64,000 nt of DNA from Candidatus Omnitrophota bacterium. Its GTDB lineage: Bacteria > Omnitrophota > Gorgyraeia > Zapsychrales > Fredricksoniimonadaceae. The first letter of the stretch is position 1. Every line of letters begins with the position of its first letter. Positions 1-10,099 of the stretch are shown one piece after another. Under the pieces are notes generated by a model, which was not told where the DNA came from, did no database searches, and worked only from the letters and a program-made list of their open reading frames with translations. The position numbers and the translations under genes are program-made. The DNA is taken from assembly GCA_016201795.1 (NCBI GenBank), contig JACQCF010000002.1, positions 45,122 through 109,121 on the forward strand, in the 5' to 3' direction.

Positions 1-425
1 GCCCTGGAAGTGATACGAATATAGACACCGCCCATGTGATGGGGGCGCTGATCGCCAAGTTCCATCAGGCGGTGCGTCAGAATCAGAAACGGGTTATCGT
101 TTGGGGAACAGGAAAGCCTCGACGGGAATTTTTATACGTGGATGATTTTGTGCAAGGGGTTCTGTTTTTGATGAAGAATTACCGTTCCCAGGAGCTGATT
201 AATTTGGGTGTCGGCTCGGATGTTAGCGTCAAACATTTGGCCCAGCTGATAGCTAAGATCAGCGGTTTTAAAGGAAAAATTGTTTTTGATGCCTCCCAAC
301 CCGACGGAGCCAGGCGTAAACTGCTTAACAACAGCCGCGTGCGTCGCTTGGGTTGGAAGCCAAAGGTATCTTTAGAAGAAGGTGTTCGTCAAACGTACGA
401 TTGGTATAGAAAGGAAATCAGATGA
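1..425 (+). CDS. fcl: GDP-L-fucose synthase (GDP-4-keto-6-deoxymannose 3,5-epimerase/4-reductase), C-terminal part; the 5' end lies outside the window
   Basis: The translation HVMGALIAKFHQA...VIVWGTGKPRREFLYVDDFV...RKLLNNSRVRRLGWKPKVSLEEGVRQTYDWY matches the conserved C-terminal half of Fcl/GMER. The frame is open to the window start. Confidence 0.8.
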   Translation, partial: PGSDTNIDTAHVMGALIAKFHQAVRQNQKRVIVWGTGKPRREFLYVDDFVQGVLFLMKNYRSQELINLGVGSDVSVKHLAQLIAKISGFKGKIVFDASQPDGARRKLLNNSRVRRLGWKPKVSLEEGVRQTYDWYRKEIR

Positions 426-1351
426 AGATTCTTGTCACGGGCGCGGCCGGTTATATCGGTTCGGTCTTGGTACCGCGTCTATTGAACGAAGGACATACGG
501 TGGTGGCGTTGGACAATTTTATGTACAGTCAAACATCCCTGTTGGATGTTTGTTATCACGATACGCTCACCATTGTCCGCGGCGATGTGCGCGACAAGAA
601 TTTAATGGACAAATGGGTCAAAGGAGCGGATGCGATTTTTCCCTTGGCTTGCTTGACCGGTGCGCCCTCATGCGCCAAAGACCCTGCAGGGGCACAGGCC
701 ATTTTGTATGATTCGATTGCGGATATGCTCAAAATCACCAGCCCTAACCAGAGGATTATCTTCCCAACCACCAACAGTGGTTATGGCCTCGGTCAGAAGG
801 GTAAACATTGCATGGAAGAAACGCCGTTGCGGCCCATTTCTCTTTACGGGAAATTGAAGGTGGATGCCGAAAAAGCCATCCTCGATGCCGGTGGCATTAC
901 CTTGCGTTTGGCCACGGCCTTTGGTGTTTCCCCGCGTATGCGCCTGGATTTATTGGTCAATGATTTTACCTATCGTGCGGTATATGACCGGTTTGTGATT
1001 CTTTTTGAAGCGCATTTTCACCGTAATTATATCCATGTGCGTGACATTGCCAAGGCTTTTATCCACGGGCTCAATCATTTTGACAAGATGAAGAAGCAAC
1101 CCTATAATGTCGGCTTAAGCGACGCTAATTTGACGAAGCTGGAATTATGTCAGGAGATTAAAAAATTCGTTCCTGATTTTTATTTCGTCGAAGCGACCAT
1201 CGGTGAGGACCCGGACAAACGCGACTACATCGTCAGTAATGAGAAGATCGAGAAAACCGGTTTCAAGCCGGAGGTGTCTTTGTCCAAAGGTATTCAAGAG
1301 CTGATCAAAGGCTATCAGGTCATCAAGAGAAATCAGTACGCCAATATTTAA
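422..1351 (+). CDS. NAD-dependent epimerase/dehydratase (extended SDR) family protein
   Basis: N-terminal Rossmann motif VTGAAGYIGSVLVPRLL and catalytic YxxxK (SLYGKLKVDAEK). ATGA start/stop overlap with the upstream fcl. Confidence 0.7.
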   Translation: MKILVTGAAGYIGSVLVPRLLNEGHTVVALDNFMYSQTSLLDVCYHDTLTIVRGDVRDKNLMDKWVKGADAIFPLACLTGAPSCAKDPAGAQAILYDSIADMLKITSPNQRIIFPTTNSGYGLGQKGKHCMEETPLRPISLYGKLKVDAEKAILDAGGITLRLATAFGVSPRMRLDLLVNDFTYRAVYDRFVILFEAHFHRNYIHVRDIAKAFIHGLNHFDKMKKQPYNVGLSDANLTKLELCQEIKKFVPDFYFVEATIGEDPDKRDYIVSNEKIEKTGFKPEVSLSKGIQELIKGYQVIKRNQYANI

Positions 1352-1374
1352 GACGTATTTATGGAAAAAAATAC

Positions 1375-2097
1375 ATGAAAGTTACTTTATTGATTCCGAC
1401 CCTCAATGAGATAGACGGTATGAAAACCATTATGCCGCTGATTAAGAAAGAATGGTACGACCAATTGCTGATTGTGGATGGGAATTCTACCGATGGGACG
1501 ATTGAGCATTGCAAACAACAGGGCTATCCGCTTTACATCCAGCAAAAGAAGGGCATGCGCCACGCGTATGGGGAAGTATGGGACAAGATCACCGGCGACA
1601 TTGTTTTGACCTTCAGCCCTGACGGCAACTCCATACCTGAACTTATTCCCGAATGTATTAAGAAAATGAAAGAGGGTTATGACATGGTCATCGTGTCCCG
1701 GTATGCTCAAGGGGCCAAGAGTGATGATGATGATACCATTACTGGATTTGGTAATTGGGCCTTTACGACGATGATTAATATATGCCACGGCGGCCATTAT
1801 ACCGACGCTATGGTCATTTACCGGGCCTATAAGAAGAATTTGGTTTATGATTTGGGGTTAATGAAGGATGAGGCGTTTGAAAAGGAAGAAAAACTTTTTA
1901 AGACATGTGTCAGTTGGGAACCCTTGTTGTCCATCCGCGCAGCTCGCCGAAAACTCAAGATTGCCGAAATCCCGGGGGATGAACCGGCGCGTATAGCTGG
2001 TGAGCGTAAACTGCAGATTCTGCCCTGGGGCGCGGTTTTTTTGTATCAGGTCATCAGGGAAATGTTTGTCAATCCCTCGACTTACTCTCGGGATTGA
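1375..2097 (+). CDS. Family 2 glycosyltransferase, Dpm1-like polyprenol-phosphate sugar transferase
   Basis: LLIPTLNE...IVDGNSTDGT GT-A signature and short length (240 aa), typical of polyprenyl-phosphate hexose synthases. Confidence 0.65.
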   Translation: MKVTLLIPTLNEIDGMKTIMPLIKKEWYDQLLIVDGNSTDGTIEHCKQQGYPLYIQQKKGMRHAYGEVWDKITGDIVLTFSPDGNSIPELIPECIKKMKEGYDMVIVSRYAQGAKSDDDDTITGFGNWAFTTMINICHGGHYTDAMVIYRAYKKNLVYDLGLMKDEAFEKEEKLFKTCVSWEPLLSIRAARRKLKIAEIPGDEPARIAGERKLQILPWGAVFLYQVIREMFVNPSTYSRD

Positions 2098-2152
2098 TCC
2101 CGAGTGAAATCGAGGGATCAAGAAATATTAATGAAAATTCTTAAGGATATTC

Positions 2153-3685
2153 ATGAAACAACTTGATGTTCTTTTTATCCATCCTAATACGGCCCAGCGC
2201 GTTTATCAGGACTTGGCCGTCCATTATTCGGCCATTGAACCGCCTATTTGGGCAGGGATGCTGGCAGGCCATTGCCGTCTCAAAAATTTTTCCGTCGATA
2301 TTTTAGATTGTGAAGCTTTATATTTAACGGATGAACAGGCCGCCCAACGCATTCAAGAAATTAATCCCCGTCTGGCTTGTTTTGTGGTGTATGGTCAACA
2401 GCCTTCCGCCAGTTCCCAAAACATGGAGGGGGCGACAACCCTGGCCGCTATGCTTAAAGATTATGCCCCGTCTATCAAGGTGCTTTTTGTCGGCGGGCAT
2501 GTGGCAGCCCTTGCGCGCGAGGTTTTGGAGAAACATAGTTCCATTGATTTTGTCTGCCAGAACGAAGGGGTCTATACCATTTCCAATTTATTGAAGACCA
2601 ATTTGAAAGACAAGTTGGATTTGGTGGATGGCTTAGGCTTTCGTGAGGAGGGCGGTATGGTGTTGAATAAACCCTCTCCCATTGTGGCTAAAGCAGATTT
2701 ATCCGTTGAACTGCCCGGCATCGCCTGGGATTTATTGCCGGTCAAGAATTACCGTACGGCGTTGTGGCATTCGTACTCTAACGTTTCCACTCGTCAGCTA
2801 TTTGCGGCCTTGTATACGAGCCTGGGCTGTCCCATGAAGTGTTCATTTTGCATGATCAATATCATCAATCGTCAGGAGAACGAGTTTTCCGACGGAAGCG
2901 CTGTGTTCCGTTATTGGGAACCAGAGCATATCATCAAACAGTTCGATTTCTTTGCCGAACAGGGCATTATTAATATTAAGATTGCCGATGAGCTTTTTGT
3001 CTTGAACCCCAATCATTTTATGAAACTTTGTCAGCTCATCATCGAACGCGGGTATAAATTTAATATTTGGTGTTACTCGCGGGTCGATACGGTGAAGGAT
3101 CATTATCTGGAGACGCTTAAAAAGGCCGGCGTGAATTGGCTGGCCTTAGGCATTGAAAGCGGTAATACGCGTGTGCGCAAGGATGTGACCAAGGGCCGTT
3201 TTGAAGATACGGACATCCGTAGTGTGGTCAATAAAATCCGTGAACACGGCATCAACGTGATCGGTAATTATATTTTTGGTCTGCCCGAAGACGATATGGC
3301 CAGTATGCAGATGACGTTGGATTTGGCCATGGATATGAACACCGAAGAAGCTAATTTTTATTCGGCCATGGCTTATCCGGGAAGCCCTCTTTACGGCATT
3401 GCTAAGAAAGAAGGGTGGAAACTGCCCTCAACTTATGTAGGATTCTCCCAGCACTCGTATTATACCCAGCCATTACCGACGAAGTATTTGACCGCCGAGC
3501 AGGTGCTGGCGTTTCGCGACGGGACATGGATGAAATATCACACGAGTCCTAAATTTTTAGCTCTTTTAAAGCAAAAGTTCGGCCAGGTGGCCGTTGATGA
3601 AACTTTGAAGTCCACTAAGATCAAATTAAAACGTAAAATTTTAGAGACGGAGAATATTCTACCCTCCCCTACAGGGATCAAATGA
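2153..3685 (+). CDS. B12-binding domain / radical SAM protein (class B radical SAM, putative methyltransferase)
   Basis: N-terminal flavodoxin-like B12-binding region followed by a CxxxCxxC cluster (GCPMKCSFCM). Total length is 510 aa. Confidence 0.7.
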   Translation: MKQLDVLFIHPNTAQRVYQDLAVHYSAIEPPIWAGMLAGHCRLKNFSVDILDCEALYLTDEQAAQRIQEINPRLACFVVYGQQPSASSQNMEGATTLAAMLKDYAPSIKVLFVGGHVAALAREVLEKHSSIDFVCQNEGVYTISNLLKTNLKDKLDLVDGLGFREEGGMVLNKPSPIVAKADLSVELPGIAWDLLPVKNYRTALWHSYSNVSTRQLFAALYTSLGCPMKCSFCMINIINRQENEFSDGSAVFRYWEPEHIIKQFDFFAEQGIINIKIADELFVLNPNHFMKLCQLIIERGYKFNIWCYSRVDTVKDHYLETLKKAGVNWLALGIESGNTRVRKDVTKGRFEDTDIRSVVNKIREHGINVIGNYIFGLPEDDMASMQMTLDLAMDMNTEEANFYSAMAYPGSPLYGIAKKEGWKLPSTYVGFSQHSYYTQPLPTKYLTAEQVLAFRDGTWMKYHTSPKFLALLKQKFGQVAVDETLKSTKIKLKRKILETENILPSPTGIK

Positions 3686-4680
3686 TCATTTCCCGCACGC
3701 CTTTCCGTGTATCTTTTTTCGGCGGGGGCACAGACTACAACGGTTGGTTTCAAGAGCATAAAGGGGCGGTGCTTGCGACCACCATTGACAAGTACTGCTA
3801 CATCACTTGCCGTTACCTGCCGCCTTTTTTTGAACACAAGTCGCGCATTATTTATTCCAAAATGGAGCATGTGCACGGCATTGATGATATTGATCACCCT
3901 TCCGTACGTGAGGTGTTGCGTTTTTTAAACATCAAAGAAGGCATTGAAATCCACCACGATGGGGACTTGCCCGCCCGCACGGGTTTAGGATCCAGTTCTT
4001 CGTTTACAGTCGGGCTTTTGAATTCGTTATATGCCCTTAAAGGTGCGATGGTCACCAAAGAGCGTTTAGCGACAGAAGCCATTGATATTGAGCAAAACAG
4101 GATTAAAGAAAATGTCGGCTGCCAGGACCAGACCTTGGCGGCGTACGGCGGTTTTAATTACATCGAATTCGGCGGCCCCAACCATTTACGCGTACAGCCT
4201 TTGACAATATCCACGGCGCAATTGAACCTGCTGCAGGAGCATTTGATGCTGTTTTTTACCGGTTTTTCGCGCTCTGCCTCGCAAATTGCGGCGCATCAGG
4301 TTAAAAATATTCCTCATAAAAAAGCCGAACTGAATCGTATGTATGAGATGACGCAGGAAGCGGTGCAAATTCTCAACAGCAATAATTTGTTGGCTTTCGG
4401 CCGGCTGCTGGGTGAAGGCTGGAAATTAAAACGGACTTTGTCGGATAAGATTTCCACCGCCCATATTGATGAACTTTATGAGGGCGCCATCCGTGCCGGT
4501 GCCATCGGCGGCAAGCTGCTGGGCGCTGGCGGCGGCGGGTTCGTGCTGTTATTCGTCGAGCCGCAGAGAAAGCCTAAAGTCCGCGAAGCCTTAAAAAATC
4601 TTCTGGAAGTTCCCATCAAATTCGAGAATTTAGGCAGTCAGATTATTTTCTATCAACCCGACAGCGGTCTTGTGAAATAA
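3682..4680 (+). CDS. hddA: GHMP kinase, D-glycero-alpha-D-manno-heptose 7-phosphate kinase-like
   Basis: N-terminal RTPFRVSFFGGGTDY and GHMP ATP-binding loop PARTGLGSSSSFTVG. Adjacent to a sugar-1-P nucleotidyltransferase. Confidence 0.7.
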   Translation: MIISRTPFRVSFFGGGTDYNGWFQEHKGAVLATTIDKYCYITCRYLPPFFEHKSRIIYSKMEHVHGIDDIDHPSVREVLRFLNIKEGIEIHHDGDLPARTGLGSSSSFTVGLLNSLYALKGAMVTKERLATEAIDIEQNRIKENVGCQDQTLAAYGGFNYIEFGGPNHLRVQPLTISTAQLNLLQEHLMLFFTGFSRSASQIAAHQVKNIPHKKAELNRMYEMTQEAVQILNSNNLLAFGRLLGEGWKLKRTLSDKISTAHIDELYEGAIRAGAIGGKLLGAGGGGFVLLFVEPQRKPKVREALKNLLEVPIKFENLGSQIIFYQPDSGLVK

Positions 4681-4682
4681 AT

Positions 4683-5387
4683 ATGTTTTCCGATGTGGTC
4701 ATTCTCTGCGGCGGTTTAGGCAAACGCCTTAAAGGCGTGACCGGCGGGGCGCAGAAAGTTTTAGCCAAAATCGACGGTAAACCGTTTATCAGCGTGTTGA
4801 TTGATTACATCGCCTCCCAGGGGGGCAAGCGTTTTATCTTGTGTACCGGTCATGATGCCCAGGGCGTGGTCAAGTCATTGAAAGGCGCGCATCCTGGTTT
4901 GACAATTGTATTCTCGAAGGAAGATGAACCTTTGGGTACTGGTGGAGCGATCAAAAAAGGAGCACGGTTAGTTAAGTCCAAGCAATTTATCGCCATGAAT
5001 GGGGATTGTTTTTGTATGATCGATTACAAGCAGCTTCTTGCGTACCATTTAAAGCAGCAGGCCAAGGCAACGCTGGCAGTGACTAAGCTCGATGATACCC
5101 ATGATTACGGCACCATTGAAATTGACACAAAGAAGCGCATTACCGCTTTTAAGGAAAAACAGTCGGGATTAGAAAGTGCGTTGGTTAATACCGGCACCTA
5201 TTGTTTTAATAAGGATGTATTTTCCTGGGTGGAAACCGAGGAGAAATTTTCCCTCGAATATGATTTTTTTCCTTATCTGGTGGAACAAGGTTTTTACGCA
5301 TTCGAAGTTGAAAATAAATTTATCGACATTGGCACGCCCGAGCGCTACGCGTGGGCGAAGGAGCATTTGAAAGGGTTATCGCGATGA
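4683..5387 (+). CDS. hddC: Sugar-1-phosphate nucleotidyltransferase, D-glycero-alpha-D-manno-heptose 1-phosphate guanylyltransferase-like
   Basis: N-terminal VVILCGGLGKRLKGVTGGAQKVL nucleotidyltransferase signature. About 234 aa. Follows hddA. Confidence 0.7.
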   Translation: MFSDVVILCGGLGKRLKGVTGGAQKVLAKIDGKPFISVLIDYIASQGGKRFILCTGHDAQGVVKSLKGAHPGLTIVFSKEDEPLGTGGAIKKGARLVKSKQFIAMNGDCFCMIDYKQLLAYHLKQQAKATLAVTKLDDTHDYGTIEIDTKKRITAFKEKQSGLESALVNTGTYCFNKDVFSWVETEEKFSLEYDFFPYLVEQGFYAFEVENKFIDIGTPERYAWAKEHLKGLSR

Positions 5388-6580
5388 AAGCAGCAGATTT
5401 TAATAAAGCCACGGCGGTTAACGACGGGCAGGAGGCCAAGAAAGCGGGCTATAAAGTTCCGTTCGGCACCGTGTCCATTACGGACAAAGCCAAGAAGCTT
5501 ATTGATGAGGCTATTGATCATCGCTGGCTGACCAAGGGCAAATACGTCAAAGAGTTTGAAGAGAAATTCGCCGCGCTTTTTGGCGTCAAATACGGCATTG
5601 CGGTTTCTTCAGGGACAGATGCGGATGCCATTGCCTGTGCGGTGCTTTATGATTTTGGCGCACAGCGTGCAGATGAAATTATCATCCCGGCATTGACGTT
5701 TGTGGCCACCGGTAATGCCGTGCTGCAGGCTGGGTTTAAGCCGGTGTTTGTGGATGTCAAACGCGAGACCCTCAACATTGATCCGGATAAGATCGAAGCC
5801 GCCATCACCAAACGCACGCGTGCCATCATGCCCGTGCATTTGATGGGTAAACCGGCGGATATGGACAAGATTGTGAGTATTGCCAAGAAGCACAAGTTGT
5901 ATGTCATCGAGGACGCCGCGGAAGCGCATGGGGCGCAATATAAGGGAAAGAAGATTGGCGCCATCGGGGAGATGGCCTGCTTCTCTTTATATGCGGCGCA
6001 TATCATCACCACCATCGAAGGCGGCATGATCATCACCAACAATGAGTCCATGGCCCAGGCGGCGCGATCTTTACGCAACCATGGTATCGACGGCAAATTT
6101 CGTTTCAAACGCATCGGGTTTTCCGCCAAGATGAATGAGCTCGAGGCTGCCGTGGGCTTGGGTAACATTGATATTTTTCACGATATATTGGAAAAACGCC
6201 GCCGTAACGTGCGTTATTTGATGAAGCAATTTGCAAGGTTTGAGAAATATTTCTGGTATCTGAAAGAAGACAGCCATGAGGTTTTAGGGCCGCACGCCTT
6301 TTCCATCATCGTCAAGCCTGGCCTTAATTTCACCAAAGACGAATTTGTGACCTTCCTCGAGAAAGAGGGAGTGGATTCACGCAATCTGTTCTATTCCATT
6401 CCTACCCAGACGGACAGTTATCAAGGAATGGGGTATAAACTCGGTGATTTTCCCCAAAGCGAATACTGTTCCGACCAGGGCACGCATATCGGCTGTCATC
6501 AGGACATCGAGCAGAACCAGCTGGATCATGTCGTCCTAACGGTTGAAAAATTCCTTAAATCTAAAGGCCATCAAGTTTAA
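5384..6580 (+). CDS. DegT/DnrJ/EryC1/StrS family PLP-dependent sugar aminotransferase
   Basis: DegT-fold motifs are present (GTDADAIA, MPVHLMGKPADMD, EDAAEAHGA). The likely start is MKAADF at 5384, in ATGA overlap with hddC. Confidence 0.75.
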   Translation: MKAADFNKATAVNDGQEAKKAGYKVPFGTVSITDKAKKLIDEAIDHRWLTKGKYVKEFEEKFAALFGVKYGIAVSSGTDADAIACAVLYDFGAQRADEIIIPALTFVATGNAVLQAGFKPVFVDVKRETLNIDPDKIEAAITKRTRAIMPVHLMGKPADMDKIVSIAKKHKLYVIEDAAEAHGAQYKGKKIGAIGEMACFSLYAAHIITTIEGGMIITNNESMAQAARSLRNHGIDGKFRFKRIGFSAKMNELEAAVGLGNIDIFHDILEKRRRNVRYLMKQFARFEKYFWYLKEDSHEVLGPHAFSIIVKPGLNFTKDEFVTFLEKEGVDSRNLFYSIPTQTDSYQGMGYKLGDFPQSEYCSDQGTHIGCHQDIEQNQLDHVVLTVEKFLKSKGHQV

Positions 6581-6583
6581 ATC

Positions 6584-7714
6584 ATGCGCATTGCCATCAA
6601 TGCCCGATCGATTCTTCTTGCCAACCGTACCGGTATCGGACGCTACACTTATCATCTTTTAAACAGTTTTGGGCAGATCGACCAGCAGAATGAATATTGG
6701 CTTTATGCCCGAAAAAATTTTTTCGACCGCAAACGCCGTTGGCCGCAATTTTCTTATCCCCATTTTAAAGTCAGGGCTGATGTTTTAGGTCTTGGCCCAG
6801 ACCGTTGTCTTAAGGGGGTAGATATTTATCACGCCCCAAGCCCGGAGGCGCTGACGATCCACGGCCCTAAGATCGTCGTGACCATCCATGATTTGATTTA
6901 CAAAATCCACCCCGAAACACACACCCTAGAAACGATTGAAGCCACCAGCCGGCAGATGGAGGGGATCATCAAGTTTGCCGATAGGATCATCTGTGTTTCT
7001 GGGAGCACCCGCCGTGACCTGCACCGGTTTTTTGGTTTACCTCAGGAAAAAAGTTGTATGATTTATAATGGTGTTGATCACAGCGTATTTTATCCGTTGC
7101 AGCCCGACGAGCGGCGTGCGGCTATGGACCGATTGAGGGGTTTGGGTATAAAGACACCTTATCTGCTTTACGTGGGAACTATTGAGCCTAGAAAAAATTT
7201 AACCGGTTTGCTCAAAAGCTTTGCTTTGTTAAAATCAAAAAAAGATTTCGCGGGTCAATTGGTGGTGGCGGGGATGAAAGGCTGGATGATGGCCGCGGTG
7301 GCGCCAATGATCAAGGAGTTGGGACTCAGGGATGAGGTGATTTTCACCGGTTTTGTCAGCGATGCGCAGCTGCGTGAATTGTACAATTTGGCCGAGGCGT
7401 TTGTCTTTCCGTCGCTGTATGAGGGGTTTGGTTTTCCCATTGTGGAAGCATTTTGCTGCGGGACGCCGGTGGTGACCTCTAACACGTCCTCCTGCGCAGA
7501 AATTGCGGGGGGCTGTGCTCTGACGGTAGATCCTCGACAAGTACCGCAAATAGCTCAGGCGATTCAACGGTTATTAGAAGACCGTGTGTTTAACCAAGAA
7601 TTGCGCCAAAAAGCCATCAAGAAAGCCCAGGAATTTTCTTTCCTGAAAACTGCCCAAGAAACCCTAAAAGTTTATGAACAGTTGGCTCCCTTGAAGGAGA
7701 GAGCTCATGCATAA
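6584..7714 (+). CDS. Family 4 glycosyltransferase (GT-B, retaining)
   Basis: C-terminal EX7E motif region FVFPSLYEGFGFPIVEAFCCGTPVV. Confidence 0.75.
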   Translation: MRIAINARSILLANRTGIGRYTYHLLNSFGQIDQQNEYWLYARKNFFDRKRRWPQFSYPHFKVRADVLGLGPDRCLKGVDIYHAPSPEALTIHGPKIVVTIHDLIYKIHPETHTLETIEATSRQMEGIIKFADRIICVSGSTRRDLHRFFGLPQEKSCMIYNGVDHSVFYPLQPDERRAAMDRLRGLGIKTPYLLYVGTIEPRKNLTGLLKSFALLKSKKDFAGQLVVAGMKGWMMAAVAPMIKELGLRDEVIFTGFVSDAQLRELYNLAEAFVFPSLYEGFGFPIVEAFCCGTPVVTSNTSSCAEIAGGCALTVDPRQVPQIAQAIQRLLEDRVFNQELRQKAIKKAQEFSFLKTAQETLKVYEQLAPLKERAHA

Positions 7715-9380
7715 TTTTTTAACACGATCACCGCGATGGACCGATGCCCTGATCTTAATTATTTTTACCATATTACTGACCATCCATCCCTATTACCTGA
7801 ATAACCGTATCAATGTGTTTGAATTGGGTATCTATTTGCCCGGTATCAATGCTATTTTGCACAGCATGGTACCTTTCAGGGACTTTTTCCATTTACGTGG
7901 GCCGCTGGAACTTTATGCACCGGTTTGGTTGATGAAAATATTCGGTGTCCATATGCAGGTCCTGTGTGCCTATTTTTATGTCGGTAATGTTTTGTGTTTG
8001 GTCATGATTGTTTTGATCGCCCGCGAGTTTATCCGTTCCAGGTATATCTTCTATATGATGATTCCCGTCATCATTGCCCGTACTTATCCCCGGGTAGTTT
8101 TTATGATCTGGGGAGGCATGCGTTATGCATTCGGATTGATGGCCATTTTTTGTTTGATCAAATTCTTAAAGAGCCGGCGATTATGGTGGATGGCGGGCGC
8201 AGGCCTCATGAGCGCATGGGCCGGATTAATCAGTATCGAAATGGGAGTTTATACGGTAGCTGCCATCCTGGGATGTCTTTTGGTTGCCTGGGTGGGGCGT
8301 TTCAAACCATCGGAAGAAACCGGGCGTGGTTTTATTTATTTTATAGGAGGAGGATTTTTAGGACTCGCTCCTTGGGTCATTTACAGCTTACAACAGCACG
8401 CTTTCCTTCCTTATTTGGATGCGGTGATGGCGGTGGTGGGCCCTAAATCATCGGTGCTCGATTCGCATTTGGTTTCTATTTATCCGCATAATTTTCCCGA
8501 AGCTTTCGCAGCCATGATTAATCCCGTCCATATCAATTTCAGGCACATGACACCTTCTTATACGTATTTATTCCTCTTAGGTTATTTGATTGTCCGATGG
8601 CGCAAAGGAGGGCGGGAGCCATGTGAACTTGGTCTTTGGGGCTTAGGGATTTACGGTTTTATTATGTACAATACCGCTTTTCGTGCCATCTGGGCTGCCC
8701 AATTTGAAATGGCTCTCATGCCCGAGAAGGTCATTTATTTCTTTTTAGTAGAAGCATTCGTTTTATGGTTATGGAGCAAAAGAGAGGCAGCGCCTGATTG
8801 GGGCAGATCCCTTATTTATATCTTTGTGATGGGATTATTCATTTTTTCTTGCGCCTACACCTTGCAGCGGTACCATAAACGCTTTTGGTCCTATCAATAC
8901 ACCCTTAATACTTTGACGGGCAAAAACAATGATTATCTCAAACGTTGGGATAAGCATGAACAATATGGTCAATTAAACATAGAGCGGGCCCGGGGAATCT
9001 GGGTTCCCGTTGATCAATATAATGACTTGAATCAAATATCCAATTTTATTACTCAAAAGACCAGTCCTGATGATGTCATTATGATGTTTCCGGAACTGGG
9101 GACGTACAACTTTTTATTTGACCGTCCCTTTTTGGGCCGTTTCCCCATTGTGACATTCACCTGGTTTAATGACCATTGGTTTGAGGAATACCTCGGCGAC
9201 CTCAAGTCTTTGAAAACCAATTACATCATTGTGCAGAAACGTATGCCCGAGGATTGGTACAAAGTATATCTGGGATATGCACCTAACAAAATTAAATATC
9301 AACAAATGCTAGAGACTATTCATCGTTTTTACGTACCTGTGGCCCAGACAGAGGCAACCTGGATTTATCAAAGGAAATGA
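7707..9380 (+). CDS. Large polytopic membrane protein, putative GT-C-type lipid-linked sugar transferase (paralog A)
   Basis: More than 10 predicted TM helices, a conserved acidic first loop (VPFRDFFHLRGP) and a roughly 170-aa C-terminal soluble domain. Clear paralogy with 10932-12623. Confidence 0.45.
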   Translation: MHNFLTRSPRWTDALILIIFTILLTIHPYYLNNRINVFELGIYLPGINAILHSMVPFRDFFHLRGPLELYAPVWLMKIFGVHMQVLCAYFYVGNVLCLVMIVLIAREFIRSRYIFYMMIPVIIARTYPRVVFMIWGGMRYAFGLMAIFCLIKFLKSRRLWWMAGAGLMSAWAGLISIEMGVYTVAAILGCLLVAWVGRFKPSEETGRGFIYFIGGGFLGLAPWVIYSLQQHAFLPYLDAVMAVVGPKSSVLDSHLVSIYPHNFPEAFAAMINPVHINFRHMTPSYTYLFLLGYLIVRWRKGGREPCELGLWGLGIYGFIMYNTAFRAIWAAQFEMALMPEKVIYFFLVEAFVLWLWSKREAAPDWGRSLIYIFVMGLFIFSCAYTLQRYHKRFWSYQYTLNTLTGKNNDYLKRWDKHEQYGQLNIERARGIWVPVDQYNDLNQISNFITQKTSPDDVIMMFPELGTYNFLFDRPFLGRFPIVTFTWFNDHWFEEYLGDLKSLKTNYIIVQKRMPEDWYKVYLGYAPNKIKYQQMLETIHRFYVPVAQTEATWIYQRK

Positions 9381-10099
9381 GCATGAGTAAAATTTGGTCT
9401 AAGCGCGTTTATAAAATGCACGGGTTTTTCAATTACGTGTATTCACTTTTGATGCTGCGTTACACTGCGTTCAATCTTTCCTTGTTGCACCGCCGGCTGG
9501 AGTGTGCCATTGACCGCATGCATATCGGCTGCGGTGACGTCATTCTCGATGGTTGGTTGAATGTGTTATATGAACGCAGGCAGGAATACGATCGTCTTAT
9601 AAAAAAAGGCCGCGGCTGGTTTTTGAATTATGATTTGCTTAAGGCCTGGCCGGTCAAAGACAATAGCCTTGCCTTTGTGGCTGGCAGCCATGTGATTGAG
9701 CATTTGGATTTAAATGATGGGCTGAGGCTGGTTCAACAGGCTTATCAAGCGCTCAAAGGCGGCGGCGTCATCCGTTTAAGCTGCCCCGATATGGAAATAT
9801 ATGCGCGCCATTATTTAGCCAGGGACGAAGCTTTCTTTAATCATCCTTTAATTCGTGAATGGTGTACGTTCAAGGCTGCCGAAACACATGGTCAAATTTT
9901 TATGGCTAAAGCCTATGACAGCGGCGGGGCACATAAATGGTTTTATGATTATGAGTCTTTAAAAAATATCCTTGAACGTGCCGGTTTTGTTGAGGTCAAA
10001 AAAGTTGGACACCTGCAAGGGGCAATGCCTGATTTGCCGCTTCTTGAGCCGGCGGCACGTGAACTGGAAACCGTTTATGTGGAGGCCGTCAAACGTTGA
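9377..10099 (+). CDS. Class I SAM-dependent methyltransferase (type 11-like)
   Basis: HIGCG...GSHVIEHLD motif pattern typical of Methyltransf_11/23. ATGA overlap with the upstream membrane protein. Confidence 0.6.
   Translation: MSMSKIWSKRVYKMHGFFNYVYSLLMLRYTAFNLSLLHRRLECAIDRMHIGCGDVILDGWLNVLYERRQEYDRLIKKGRGWFLNYDLLKAWPVKDNSLAFVAGSHVIEHLDLNDGLRLVQQAYQALKGGGVIRLSCPDMEIYARHYLARDEAFFNHPLIREWCTFKAAETHGQIFMAKAYDSGGAHKWFYDYESLKNILERAGFVEVKKVGHLQGAMPDLPLLEPAARELETVYVEAVKR

Noticed and set aside
382-857. Overlapping plus and minus ORFs (382-711, 556-774, 660-857) at the fcl/SDR junction
   Set aside because: These are alternative frames of two well-supported genes. None has motifs or its own start context.
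5647-6168. 173-aa minus-strand ORF within the first DegT aminotransferase
   Set aside because: Antisense shadow ORF. Its composition is driven by the sense-strand codon bias.
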